Of a stretch of 32,000 nt of DNA, positions 17,239-26,900 are shown in pieces. Under the pieces are notes generated by a model. That model saw only the letters and a list, made by a program, of their open reading frames with translations, searched no databases and had not been told where the DNA came from. The stretch's first letter is position 1. Every line of letters begins with the position of its first letter. This DNA comes from Candidatus Saganbacteria bacterium. GTDB taxonomy: Bacteria > Margulisbacteria > WOR-1 > JAKLHX01. Position numbers and translations under genes: made by a program. The stretch spans positions 30,001 to 62,000 of the forward strand of contig JAPLKZ010000005.1 of the NCBI GenBank assembly GCA_026387835.1. The letters are read 5' to 3'.

Positions 17239-18492
17239 ATGAAGAAATACTTTCATTTAACTTTCGTTAATACAGCGATAGTCACATTTATTTTTCCTTT
17301 CTTGTTGTGTCCCTCGTCTTTCGCCCTTTCATGGAAAGATGTCACGTCCCTTACTGAAAATAATAACAATTCCATAAAGAGCGCCCAGAAGCAGGCGGAA
17401 TCTTCTTACTGGCAGTACAACAGGGCGATGACGGCTTTCCTGCCCCAGATATCCGCGAGCCTGGGCGGGTCGAAGACTAATAATTCTGCCACATCGACGC
17501 TGACAAAATCCTATTCATACGGCGTTTCGGCCTCACAGTCTCTTTTTACGGGTTTTAAAAATATCTTTAATCTCCAATCGGCGTACGCCCAGTGGCAGTC
17601 GGATAAGGCAAACCTCGACAGCACAAGGTCACAGGTCTATTACGACCTGAGATCCGCTTATGTGAACCTTTTGACCGCCCAGCAGAACGTGGAACTCCAG
17701 AAAAAAATAGTGGAAAGAAGAAAATCTAACACAAGGCTCATAGGGCTGAGATACAAGAGCGGTATAGAGGACAAGGGTAATTATTTGATGACCCAGGCGG
17801 ATGAGGGGCAGTCGGTCTACCGGCTCAGCAGCGCTAAAAGGGATGTGGAGCTCGCGGCACTGAAACTTTCACAGATCACCGGGTCCGATATCGCGACCGT
17901 TGAAGACATATCAATTCCCGGGAAACTGACCGACATCGATTATAAAACACTTACAGAAACCTCGGTAGGATACAGGACAGCTAAATATTCCCTTGAACTT
18001 GCGGACATAAACAGAAAGAGCACCGTAAACGAATTCCTCCCTTCTGTATCCGTCTCCGGGAACTATTCAAAAAGCGGCTCAAGCTGGCCGCCTTCGAACG
18101 ATTCGTCGACGATATCCCTTAACATGTCTTACTCTTTATTCCCCGGCGGGAGCAATATAACGGATTATTTCATCAACGGCATAAAATATGACAAGGCCCT
18201 TCAGGATTTTGAGAACAGCAAAAAGAACATCCGGTACGGCATCGAGCAGACCGCTCTGGGGTTCAACGACAGTCTCGAGCGGCTTTCCGCCGACAGAACG
18301 AGCGCGTCGGCCAGCGGGGAAAGGGCCGAGATAACCCAGGCGAAATATCTGGACGGGCTGGTCACGTTCGACGAATGGAACAGGACGGAGAACGACGGCA
18401 TTCAGGCGCAGATCACCGCGCTTAACAGCAAAAAGACCGCGCTTGTTTCGCAAGCGGCTTTCTATAATTCTTACGGGGGGATAATAAAATGA
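17239..18492 (+). CDS. TolC-family outer membrane efflux protein
   Basis: Signal peptide, duplicated long helical regions (YYDLRSAYVNLLTAQQNVELQKKIVERRKSNTRLIGLRYKSGIEDKGNYLMTQAD, FLPSVSVSGNYS, SLNMSYSLFPGG). Confidence 0.88.
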   Translation: MKKYFHLTFVNTAIVTFIFPFLLCPSSFALSWKDVTSLTENNNNSIKSAQKQAESSYWQYNRAMTAFLPQISASLGGSKTNNSATSTLTKSYSYGVSASQSLFTGFKNIFNLQSAYAQWQSDKANLDSTRSQVYYDLRSAYVNLLTAQQNVELQKKIVERRKSNTRLIGLRYKSGIEDKGNYLMTQADEGQSVYRLSSAKRDVELAALKLSQITGSDIATVEDISIPGKLTDIDYKTLTETSVGYRTAKYSLELADINRKSTVNEFLPSVSVSGNYSKSGSSWPPSNDSSTISLNMSYSLFPGGSNITDYFINGIKYDKALQDFENSKKNIRYGIEQTALGFNDSLERLSADRTSASASGERAEITQAKYLDGLVTFDEWNRTENDGIQAQITALNSKKTALVSQAAFYNSYGGIIK

Positions 18493-19433
18493 GATCTTTT
18501 AAGGTTGCGGTCCTGTTGATGCTGGTAGTCTTGGTGACATCCTGTTCAGGTAAAAAAGAAAAAAAGCCTGAGGTAGTAAAAGTGACCAGAGGCAACATCC
18601 TTGCGAGCATATCAAGCGTCGGTGAAGTGATGCCGCGCAACAGGCTTGAGATAAAACCGGCTGTATCCGGGAGGATCGACAGTATCTTTGTGAATGAAGG
18701 AGATAATGTAAAAAAAGGTCAGATACTTGCACTGGTCAGCTCATCAGACAGGGCCGTCCTTCTTGACAGCGCGGCGGCAAAGGGACCTGAAGAAGTAAAA
18801 TACTGGGAAGAGGTATATAAACCTTCGCCGGTGATGGCGCCACTCAACGGATTTATCATAAAACGCAGCATGGAACCGGGCCAGTCGATCGATAAAACCT
18901 CGCCCGTATTGGTGATGGCGGACCATCTCACAGTGAAAGCCCAGGTGGATGAGACGGACCTCGGCCGTATCAGCCTGGGGCAGAAGGCGACGATAATCCT
19001 GGACGCTTATCCGGAGACGAAAATAGACGCTGTAGTGGAGCATATAGCGTACGAATCCGAACAGGTGAACAACGTGACCGTTTACAAGGTCGATGTTCTC
19101 CCTTACTCCGTTCCTGCTTACTTCCGCTCTGGAATGAGCGCCACTGTCAACTTTTTCCAGGGAGAAAGAAAGAATATATTGTTACTTCCGTCAAACGCGG
19201 TGCGCACGGTCCGCAAAAACCCTTCGGTATTTTTAAAGACTGGCGGTGGCAAAAATTACAGTGTTGTCCAGGTCAAGACCGGGCTGGAAAATGAAAACAG
19301 CATCGAGATCGTTTCGGGATTGTCGGAAGAAGCCGAAGTGCTCATTCCTTCTGTAAAGATGGTCCTGGACGCCCAGGACAGTCACCGCGGCCCGCAGGGC
19401 CCCTCCATTTTGGGCGGAGGAAGGCGACAATAA
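18489..19433 (+). CDS. HlyD/MacA-type periplasmic adaptor (membrane fusion) protein with lipobox
   Basis: LVVLVTSCSGK lipobox, VTRGNILASISSVGEVMPRNRLEIKPAVSGRIDSIFVNEGDNVKKGQILALV, VMAPLNGFIIKRSMEPGQSIDKTSPVLVMADHLTVKAQVDETDLGRISLGQKATI. 4 nt overlap with the upstream gene. Confidence 0.88.
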   Translation: MRSFKVAVLLMLVVLVTSCSGKKEKKPEVVKVTRGNILASISSVGEVMPRNRLEIKPAVSGRIDSIFVNEGDNVKKGQILALVSSSDRAVLLDSAAAKGPEEVKYWEEVYKPSPVMAPLNGFIIKRSMEPGQSIDKTSPVLVMADHLTVKAQVDETDLGRISLGQKATIILDAYPETKIDAVVEHIAYESEQVNNVTVYKVDVLPYSVPAYFRSGMSATVNFFQGERKNILLLPSNAVRTVRKNPSVFLKTGGGKNYSVVQVKTGLENENSIEIVSGLSEEAEVLIPSVKMVLDAQDSHRGPQGPSILGGGRRQ

Positions 19434-21395
19434 ATGCCCCTTATCGAGCTTAAAGGGATAAAAAAGACTTACAGGATCGGTGACGAGCAGACCGTTTACG
19501 CGCTGAAAGACATCAACCTTTCGATAGAACACGGTGAATTCGTCTCGATAATGGGCGTGTCAGGATCCGGAAAATCCACGCTGCTAGGCATACTCGGGCT
19601 TCTGGATAAATCAGACGCGGGACAATATCTTCTTCTCGGTAAAGATATCTCAAAGCTTTCGGACAATGAATACGCGAGACTACGCAACAGATTTTTCGGC
19701 TTTATCTTTCAGATGTTCAATCTATTGCCGAGACTTAACGTGCTGGACAACGCGATGATCCCTTTCATCTACAGGCGAGGCGTCAGTCAGGAAGAACGTA
19801 AAAACCTTAAAGACATCATCAAAAAGGTAGGCTTAAGCGACAGGATAAACCACAGGCCCAACCAGCTTTCAGGCGGTCAGCAACAGAGGGTTGCGATCGC
19901 AAGAGCTCTTTCAAATAATCCTATGGTCATACTTGCTGATGAACCCACCGGCAATCTTGATTCAAAGTCGACTGTCGAGATCATAAATATTCTTAAAGAA
20001 CTGAACAACGCAGGAAATACCATTATAATGGTCACCCACAACCCGGAACTGGCGGAGGTGTCTTCCCGGGTCATAAAACTGCGGGACGGAGACATAATTT
20101 CTGACGAAGTAAAAAGAAAGGGCCCGGCTTCTAAGTCAATAGAACTTTCCTCTCTTAAAGAACCAGGCAGAAAAATATTCTCATTTTCCGAGATAATCAA
20201 TTATATTTACGAATCATTTATGACCATAAGAGCCAACAAGCTGAGGTCTTTTCTCTCTATCCTCGGCGTCATGATAGGAGTTGCGGCCGTCATCGCGATG
20301 CTTGCCGTGGGGACCGGCGCTAAAAAAGAGGTCGAAAAGAGCCTTGCATCGCTGGGGACGAACCTTCTGATGGTAAGAACGTCCAATGTCTCAAGGGGCA
20401 TCTCGATGGGGACCGATTCCACGACGCGTTTTACATTTGCAGATCTGGAAGCGCTCAAAAAGATAGATGCGGTAAAAAGTGTCGTTCCTTATGCCAGCGG
20501 CAGGGCGCAGGTAGTCTTCCAGAACAAGAACTGGAACACGTCCGTCGTCGGGACCGGGACCGATTATCAGGCCGTCAGGGATGCTGTCCCGCAGAACGGA
20601 AAATTCTTTTCGCCTGGCGAGTACGCCGGCAGGGCAAAGGTCGCTGTCATCGGGGTCACGGTCGCGAACGAGCTTTTCGGCAGCGAGAACCCCGTGGGGA
20701 AACAGATCAGGATCAACCGTATCAGCTTCAAGGTGGTAGGTGTGCTTCCGGAAAAAGGTGTTTCGGGTTTCAGGAACCAGGATGACCAGATAATCGTTCC
20801 TGTCACGACAGCGATGTATCGGCTGTTTGGGACGGATTATATAAATTATTTTGACGTCCAGGTGAAGGATGCGGATTCCATGGATTATGTCCTTGAAGAG
20901 ATACCTGCCGTGATAGTGAAGCTTCACAGGCTCACAGAAGACCAGACGGACAGGATAGAGATCAGGAACATGGCCGACATACAGAAAGCCGCTTCAGAAA
21001 TGGTCAACACTCTTTCATATCTGCTCGGAGCGATCGCGGCTGTCAGCCTGCTTGTCGGCGGCATAGGGATAATGAATATAATGCTTGTGATGGTGATGGA
21101 GCGGACGAGAGAAATAGGTCTCCGCAAATCTTTGGGCGCGGAGAATTCCGACATCATGCTGCAGTTCCTTATCGAAGGAGTGATGATCTGCGTGTTCGGC
21201 GGCATCATCGGTATTCTGTTCGGTTCAGGCGTCTCCTGGACGATATCGGCGCTTGCAGGGTGGACAACATATATTTCTATGGGATCTATAATGCTGGCCC
21301 TTATTTTTTCAGTACTTACAGGTCTTATATTCAGTCTGTGGCCCGCCTGGCGCGCGGCAAAACTCCTGCCGATAGTCGCACTGAGGTATGAATAA
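19434..21395 (+). CDS. macB: MacB-type ABC transporter, fused ATPase and permease
   Basis: GVSGSGKSTLLGILGLLD, LSGGQQQRVAIARALSNNPMVILADEPTGNLDSKS, then LRSFLSILGVMIGVAAVIAMLAVGTGAKKEVEK and a C-terminal FtsX domain. Confidence 0.93.
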   Translation: MPLIELKGIKKTYRIGDEQTVYALKDINLSIEHGEFVSIMGVSGSGKSTLLGILGLLDKSDAGQYLLLGKDISKLSDNEYARLRNRFFGFIFQMFNLLPRLNVLDNAMIPFIYRRGVSQEERKNLKDIIKKVGLSDRINHRPNQLSGGQQQRVAIARALSNNPMVILADEPTGNLDSKSTVEIINILKELNNAGNTIIMVTHNPELAEVSSRVIKLRDGDIISDEVKRKGPASKSIELSSLKEPGRKIFSFSEIINYIYESFMTIRANKLRSFLSILGVMIGVAAVIAMLAVGTGAKKEVEKSLASLGTNLLMVRTSNVSRGISMGTDSTTRFTFADLEALKKIDAVKSVVPYASGRAQVVFQNKNWNTSVVGTGTDYQAVRDAVPQNGKFFSPGEYAGRAKVAVIGVTVANELFGSENPVGKQIRINRISFKVVGVLPEKGVSGFRNQDDQIIVPVTTAMYRLFGTDYINYFDVQVKDADSMDYVLEEIPAVIVKLHRLTEDQTDRIEIRNMADIQKAASEMVNTLSYLLGAIAAVSLLVGGIGIMNIMLVMVMERTREIGLRKSLGAENSDIMLQFLIEGVMICVFGGIIGILFGSGVSWTISALAGWTTYISMGSIMLALIFSVLTGLIFSLWPAWRAAKLLPIVALRYE

Positions 21396-21412
21396 CTCTT
21401 TCTGAAAATAAA

Positions 21413-21434
21413 GCCGCGGGGAGACCCGCGGCTG
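21413..21434 (-). terminator. Hairpin AGCCGCGGG-tctc-CCCGCGGCT followed by TTTATTTT on the minus strand
   Basis: 9 bp GC-rich stem between macB and the DUF2892 gene, with a T-rich run on the minus strand side. Confidence 0.55.
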
Positions 21435-21443
21435 TAATGCCGA

Positions 21444-21644
21444 TTATTTCTTGATCGTGGAGAACCCCAGCAGATGATAAAGACCGCAATATCCTATCGC
21501 GCTTGTAACAAGCGCTATCGCTGCGACGATCCATAACACCACCGCCCATATACCCGACACCGCGCCTGACAGGCAGACCGCCGCCAGCAACACCGCGATG
21601 ACAAGTCTTATTATCCTGTCGGTATTCGATAAATTCTTAAGCAT
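21444..21644 (-). CDS. DUF2892-like small inner membrane protein
   Basis: KNLSNTDRIIRLVIAVLLAAVCLSGAVSG...GYCGLYHLLGFSTIK is the characteristic DUF2892 pattern. Confidence 0.85.
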   Translation of the reverse strand: MLKNLSNTDRIIRLVIAVLLAAVCLSGAVSGIWAVVLWIVAAIALVTSAIGYCGLYHLLGFSTIKK

Positions 21645-21823
21645 AATATCACCCCCTCATTGTTCAGATCAAATATTGAAATACGGATCGTTCCGATCAT
21701 TATGACACATTACAATATTTTGGCAATAATTATTTTATGAAGCTAGATATTTTGAAAAGAGTCGCGTAGAAAGACGAAGTAAAACTGTGAAACTAATAAA
21801 CGTATCGTTTTGTCCTGAAAAAA

Positions 21824-21869
21824 GACTGCTAGCTGGTAAAAAATCCCTAACCTCTAGGTGACAGCAGTT
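21824..21869 (-). terminator. Weak candidate terminator: ACTGCT ... AGCAGT-C-TTTTTT on the minus strand
   Basis: 6 bp stem with a ~32 nt loop followed by six T, immediately after the 21876-22100 minus-strand ORF. Confidence 0.3.
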
Positions 21870-21875
21870 GAATTA

Positions 21876-22100
21876 TTACGGTTGCTTAGTGACGGGAGCT
21901 GGTGAACTCATCCCCGCTTCCAAGCAGGTAAGATTCTTCTCTTTCGGTTGTCCGGTCGGTTGCGTTTGAACATTTTTAGCGAAATATCTCTCAACTGTCT
22001 CAGAGAGTAGCATTGCAGCTTCCTTTAGTCCCGCAAATGAAAACAAGCTTGCTTTTACACCTGCAACTCCAGCTGCATTTGGATTTATGCCGTCAACCAT
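21876..22100 (-). CDS. Small hypothetical protein (74 aa)
   Basis: Strong Shine-Dalgarno AAAGGAGG upstream of the ATG on the minus strand (ATAAAAGGAGGAAAAGGAATATG). Confidence 0.5.
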   Translation of the reverse strand: MVDGINPNAAGVAGVKASLFSFAGLKEAAMLLSETVERYFAKNVQTQPTGQPKEKNLTCLEAGMSSPAPVTKQP

Positions 22101-22280
22101 ATTCCTTTTCCTCCTTTTATTTGATCAGGGTCAAGTCTTTCAATCACTCCATAGTCTTAATTCTTTATCGAAGATATCAAAGGAAAACTTGCATCGAAAA
22201 AAGGGGGGGAAACGTATAGCCGTATTTCTTATTGAATACAATGTCCCCTTACATTATAATGTAGCTTAAAGAGAGGGAAA

Positions 22281-23930
22281 ATGATGAGAAAAGCGGTTTT
22301 GGCGGTTCTGCTGGTATTGGGCATATTTTCCGTTTCTTTTGGCGTGGGTATCATCAGCCCGGAACCCGTCCCTGTAGGCGGAATGATAAGCCCGCCGGGT
22401 GCGGACATTGTCAGCCCGGAAAGCGGTCCGATAAGCGGGATAACAAGTTCTTTAGAAGCGGGTATCATCAGACTGGAAAGCGGATTTATCAGCGGGATGT
22501 ACAGCGACGGCCTGCACATATTTCTAGGGATCCCTTATGCGGTGCCGCCTGTCGGAGACCTGCGCTGGAAAGAGCCACAGCCTGTAGAACCCTGGGAAGA
22601 TGTAAGAGAGTGTATCTCCTTCGGGCCCTCCTGCCCGCAGCCGCAAAGTAAGAATGTCGGAAAAACAAGCGAGAACTGTCTTTATCTTAACGTCTGGACA
22701 CCCGCGACAAGTGAGAGCGACAAACTGCCGGTAATGGTCTTTATCCACGGCGGCGGCTGGTCGATGGGTTCCGGCTCGATGCCAAAGTATAACGGGACCA
22801 ATCTGGCGAAAAAAGGCGTCGTGTTCGTCAATTTTAATTACCGCCTAGGCCCGTTCGGCTTTTTTGTCCATCCCAAGCTGGCAGAGGAATCGCCTAATGG
22901 CGTTTCGGGTAATTACGGCCTGTTAGACCAGATCGCCGCGCTCAAGTGGGTCAAAAATAATATCGCGGCGTTCGGCGGCGATCCCGGCAACGTAACCATA
23001 TTCGGGGAATCTGCAGGCTCGAAGGCGGTTTCGCTCCACATGATCAGTCCGCTCTCGGCAGGACTCTTCAGGCGGGGCATCTGCGAGAGCGGCGGGCCTT
23101 ACGGCGAAGAATATATATTTCCCCAGGCTGACGGCAAGATGCATAAAGCGATCAGAGAGGCGGAAAAGCTTATGGTAAAGCTCAAATGCAATAAGGCAAG
23201 CGACCCGATCGCGGCCATGCGCGCCAGATCGGCCGACGAGATCATCAGGGCCTATCCGTTCGCTCTGACACCGTTCTCGCCCGGCTTGAAGTTCGCCCCG
23301 GTGGTAGACGGTTATGTCATCCCCGACGATCCCCAGACAATGTATTCTCAGGATAAGAACTGTGACCTCCCGCTGATGATCGGTTCAAACGCTGACGAGG
23401 GTACGGCTTTTTACCGGCCGATGAAGGTCTCCGATTATAAGAAGTGGATCGTGTTGCAGTTCGGAAGCCATCTCCGCGAGGTGCTGGCTATGTTCCCTGC
23501 AAAAAAAACCGCTGATGTCAGGCCTGCATTCGACCGCCTTGCAAGCGTAGCGATCTTTACGGAGCCGGCAAGGTTTGTCGCCCGGTCCCGGGAAGGAAGG
23601 AGTTCTAAGACCTACCTGTACTACTTCTCAAGGGTCTCTCCGACCGCTTTCGGCAAGAAAATGGGGGCAACTCACGGCGCGGAGCTTTTGTACGTTTTTG
23701 GGAACGTAAAGAAAGAATTAGGTCTTTATGACGCGGATATCTCTCTTTCTGAAAATATCATGGATTACTGGGTGAATTTTGCAAAGACAGGAAACCCTAA
23801 CGGGCCGGGTCTGCCCGTGTGGCCGGCCTATGACAGCAAATCCGACGAGAATATCGAATTCGGGGACCAGATCTGGATAGATACACATCTTCTAAAAAAA
23901 GAATGCGATCTTATCCGTAAAATTCAGTAA
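22281..23930 (+). CDS. Secreted type B carboxylesterase/lipase
   Basis: FLGIPYAVPPVGDLRWKEPQP, EDCLYLNVW-like SENCLYLNVWTP, VMVFIHGGGWSMGS, NVTIFGESAGSKAVSLHM (nucleophile elbow), THGAELLYVFG. Confidence 0.92.
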   Translation: MMRKAVLAVLLVLGIFSVSFGVGIISPEPVPVGGMISPPGADIVSPESGPISGITSSLEAGIIRLESGFISGMYSDGLHIFLGIPYAVPPVGDLRWKEPQPVEPWEDVRECISFGPSCPQPQSKNVGKTSENCLYLNVWTPATSESDKLPVMVFIHGGGWSMGSGSMPKYNGTNLAKKGVVFVNFNYRLGPFGFFVHPKLAEESPNGVSGNYGLLDQIAALKWVKNNIAAFGGDPGNVTIFGESAGSKAVSLHMISPLSAGLFRRGICESGGPYGEEYIFPQADGKMHKAIREAEKLMVKLKCNKASDPIAAMRARSADEIIRAYPFALTPFSPGLKFAPVVDGYVIPDDPQTMYSQDKNCDLPLMIGSNADEGTAFYRPMKVSDYKKWIVLQFGSHLREVLAMFPAKKTADVRPAFDRLASVAIFTEPARFVARSREGRSSKTYLYYFSRVSPTAFGKKMGATHGAELLYVFGNVKKELGLYDADISLSENIMDYWVNFAKTGNPNGPGLPVWPAYDSKSDENIEFGDQIWIDTHLLKKECDLIRKIQ

Positions 23931-23952
23931 GAATGGCCGGCAACATTACTCC

Positions 23953-24522
23953 TTAATCAAAGATCTCCCTGCTTAATTCTTTTATGCCGGTTTTTTTTAC
24001 TGAAGAATACGGAATAACCTTGTGGCATAAAGAAATATCATAGACCTCCTGAAGTCGTTCTTTGAGTTTTGAAGGCCTTATTTTGTCTGTTTTATTCGCG
24101 ACAATTACAATGTCCTTTTGATGTTCTTCTAAAGCCTGAAGCGTTTCAATGTCGCTGTCTGTCAGGCCCGCCTTTGCGTCTATGATGAGCACGACTCTTT
24201 TCTGTTCATAATGCGATTTAAACAGGTACCAGTTGATCAGGGCCTGAAGCTGATCCTTCTTTTCTCTCGAATCCCCGGAAAATCCGTATCCCGGCAGGTC
24301 AAGAAAATAAAAGCTTTCATTTATTAAAAATACATTTATCTGCTGGGTCCGCCCCGGAAAAGAGCTGGTCCTGGCCAGGGCCTTCCGGTCAGTCAAAGAA
24401 TTGATGACGCTGGATTTGCCCACATTTGAGCGGCCGATGAAAGCGATCTGCGGGATGCCGTCATCTAAGGTCTTATCGGGTCCCACTATCCCCTTTATGA
24501 ACTTTGCAGAGGTTATCTTCAT
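23953..24522 (-). CDS. engB: Ribosome biogenesis GTP-binding protein YsxC/EngB
   Basis: PQIAFIGRSNVGKSSVINSLTDRKALARTSSFPGRTQQINVFLIN, FYFLDLPGYGF, VIDAKAGLTDSD, IVANKTDK. Confidence 0.95.
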   Translation of the reverse strand: MKITSAKFIKGIVGPDKTLDDGIPQIAFIGRSNVGKSSVINSLTDRKALARTSSFPGRTQQINVFLINESFYFLDLPGYGFSGDSREKKDQLQALINWYLFKSHYEQKRVVLIIDAKAGLTDSDIETLQALEEHQKDIVIVANKTDKIRPSKLKERLQEVYDISLCHKVIPYSSVKKTGIKELSREIFD

Positions 24523-24650
24523 AAATGTAAATGAAATGAAAATCTCAAGAGTTTTCTGCTAAAGACCCTGCCTCGCGGCCAAATTTCAGATTGAACCGGT
24601 AACGATCATATTATATAATCAATTATCATGATCTGACAAGGAGGACCTGG

Positions 24651-25698
24651 ATGAAAAAACTGTCTTATTTTGTTTTGGCGCTTTATTTCTTTGCCGCTCT
24701 GCTCCTTTGTTCCCATGCCGCGATAAAAACGGCTTTTGTCTCTGAGTTCGAAGGCGGCAAGCTTTATAAAGCGGGAGCGATAAACGTTGTGGTGATGAAG
24801 GGTAATTTCAGGCAGATGGGCAGGCAGTACGGAGCCCTTTTGAAAAGTGAAATGAACGAGTTCTATGATCTGGCCGTGACAAAGACCCTGATAGGGGAGA
24901 AAAAAGCTCCATACAAAGAACTGCTGGAAATGTGCAAAGAAGCTTTAGACCGCAATCCCTATTACGTGAAAGAATGGGTCCGCGGTATGAGTGAGACATC
25001 GGGTCTGGGACTTGAAAAGCAGATTATCGTCAGCGAGGCTCTCGGCGCAATTATCATGGCGCCGGCCGGCTCCTGCTCCGGAATGATCGCCTGGAAAGAT
25101 TATTCGCGCGGCGGCTCGACCGTTGCGGGAAGGAACTGGGATCTCGGGACTATGGCTATAATCCCTTACCAGAAATTCCTGACAGTGAATGAATTCAAAT
25201 TCCGCACTTATGTCCATGATGCTTGACTCCAGCACAATAGATCAGGCCGATGCTTTTTTCGATGCCGTCAGACCGCAGGGAGGTCTAATAATCAACGTCG
25301 CGGATGCCAAAAAAGCTTACTGCTATGAATGGGCGACCTCGGATTACCGCAGGAGAGTGGACGATGAGAAGGGGCTTGTCGCGGATTCGAACGATTTTAT
25401 CGCTGCTTCCTGGCCGGTAGCAAGGGATCTGCCGGACGGAAAGGCCGCGGGGTTCACCAAGGAAAGGCGTCTAAATCTTTTTGCAATGGGAAAAAAGAAT
25501 AAGGGCAGCATCGATGCCAAAAAGATGATGGAGATATTTGATAAAACCATCCCTGAAGGCGGCCCGAGCTTCGATAAGGCCAGCGGGTTAAAAACATATT
25601 ACACGATCGTCGCTATTCCCAAAGACCTGAAGATCTGGCTGAATGTCAGGGACTTTCAGGGATGGACGGAGATAGACCTGAAAAATTATTTTGAATAA
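24651..25698 (+). pseudogene. Disrupted C45/acyl-CoA:6-APA acyltransferase-type Ntn hydrolase
   Basis: 24651-25226 encodes the N-terminal half (FRQMGRQYGALLKSEMNEF, nucleophile-like APAGSCSGMIAW, GRNWDLG). 25189-25698 in a different frame encodes the C-terminal half (STIDQADAFFDAVRPQGGLIINVADAKKAYCYEW). They look like one gene split by frameshift or internal deletion. Confidence 0.65.
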
Positions 25699-26900
25699 TG
25701 GCTAAATACGCTATTGCTGCTCTGACAATATTTATTTGCCTGGTGGCGGGATGTGCAAATAGAACACAGACTGGTCTTGATAATCCGGATCTCGACAATA
25801 TGGTCAAAACGCAGTGGGCAAACTATGCCAGCAGCAAACCAACCTGGGAAGGAGAAGTGTCTATCTATATCACGACCCCCAAGGGCAATTATTTTTCCGC
25901 CAGCAACCTTGGAAGCGGCGCAGGCAGCAAAGTCCACTTCCGCGGGGCAAGCACTACAAAAACCTTTACAGCCGCTTCTATAATGCTGCTTCAACAGCAG
26001 GGAAAACTTAACATAGATGATAAAATAACAGATCTGATCCCGGGCTCCAGCGAGCCTTATGTGCCAAATACGGCAAACTATGCTATCCCTTACAAAGACA
26101 AGATCACGATAAGGATGATACTCAAACACCGCGCGGGAATATGGGACATCAGTAATTCCGACATACCGGCGACATCAGAAGTGCCGTACGCCGGCCAAAA
26201 TTATGTAAGTTATATCGAGAGATCTGACTGCGTTCATACCTTTACTTTTGATGAACTGGTCGGAGTCGTGGCGATAAACAAACTGAGTTATTTTGTTCCG
26301 GACAGCGCATACCATTACAGCGATACCGGCTATTCCATATTAGGCAAGATCATTGAGAGGGTGTCAGGACAAAGCTACGATCAATTTATCCGGAAGAATT
26401 TTTTAGAAACAAATGGTCTGAATGAAACCTATTTTCCAAAGCTCGGCAACCAGACAACATTGCCGGAACCCTTTGCCAGGGGCTATTCCTATGGGGGAGG
26501 TATAGTTTTAGAAACGACCGAGGATAATATGTCTCCCCACGTCGCCGAGGGGAATGTTATCTCAACGGATGCGGACCTGGCCGTTTGGATCAGGCGTCTT
26601 ATGAGGGGAGAAGCGGGACTGAAGGCTTCTACCGTCCAAATGATGACGGAAGGAACAAAAGGCAAAAAATACGGACTGGGAATATCTTATGTCCCGGGAT
26701 TGGGATACGGACATGACGGAGGCCATGCCGGTTACGCGACTGTTGTCAAATATGATCCGGTCCAGGACGTTACAGTAGTGATGTCCGCTTCTGTTATAAA
26801 CTTTGGTGATCTGGTCCCTTACTATGACTTCTTGCATGATCTCGGCCGCAAAGCGAAAAATATCCTCGGTTATTCAACTGCGGAGGCGAGCCCGCTTTAG
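25698..26900 (+). CDS. Lipoprotein serine hydrolase of the beta-lactamase/D-Ala-D-Ala carboxypeptidase (class C-like) family
   Basis: Lipobox ICLVAGCAN, STTKTFTAAS (SxxK), YSDTGYSILGKIIERVSGQSYDQFI (Y-x-N/D region), GHDGGHAGY (HxG-like). Confidence 0.87.
   Translation: MAKYAIAALTIFICLVAGCANRTQTGLDNPDLDNMVKTQWANYASSKPTWEGEVSIYITTPKGNYFSASNLGSGAGSKVHFRGASTTKTFTAASIMLLQQQGKLNIDDKITDLIPGSSEPYVPNTANYAIPYKDKITIRMILKHRAGIWDISNSDIPATSEVPYAGQNYVSYIERSDCVHTFTFDELVGVVAINKLSYFVPDSAYHYSDTGYSILGKIIERVSGQSYDQFIRKNFLETNGLNETYFPKLGNQTTLPEPFARGYSYGGGIVLETTEDNMSPHVAEGNVISTDADLAVWIRRLMRGEAGLKASTVQMMTEGTKGKKYGLGISYVPGLGYGHDGGHAGYATVVKYDPVQDVTVVMSASVINFGDLVPYYDFLHDLGRKAKNILGYSTAEASPL

Noticed and set aside
20391-20927. 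178-aa minus-strand ORF inside macB
   Set aside because: Shadow ORF on the opposite strand of a strongly supported gene.
21645-21875. Noncoding stretch considered as a riboswitch, ribozyme or other structured RNA
   Set aside because: Only a 7 bp plus-strand pairing (GACTGCT 21824-21830 with AGCAGTT 21863-21869) was found and no known riboswitch or ribozyme consensus was recognised. It is better explained as the 3' terminator region of the minus-strand small ORF.
25224-25226. TGA at the end of the first half of the C45 gene as a possible selenocysteine codon
   Set aside because: Reading through in the same frame does not join the C-terminal half, which is in a different frame. No SECIS-like evidence was seen.
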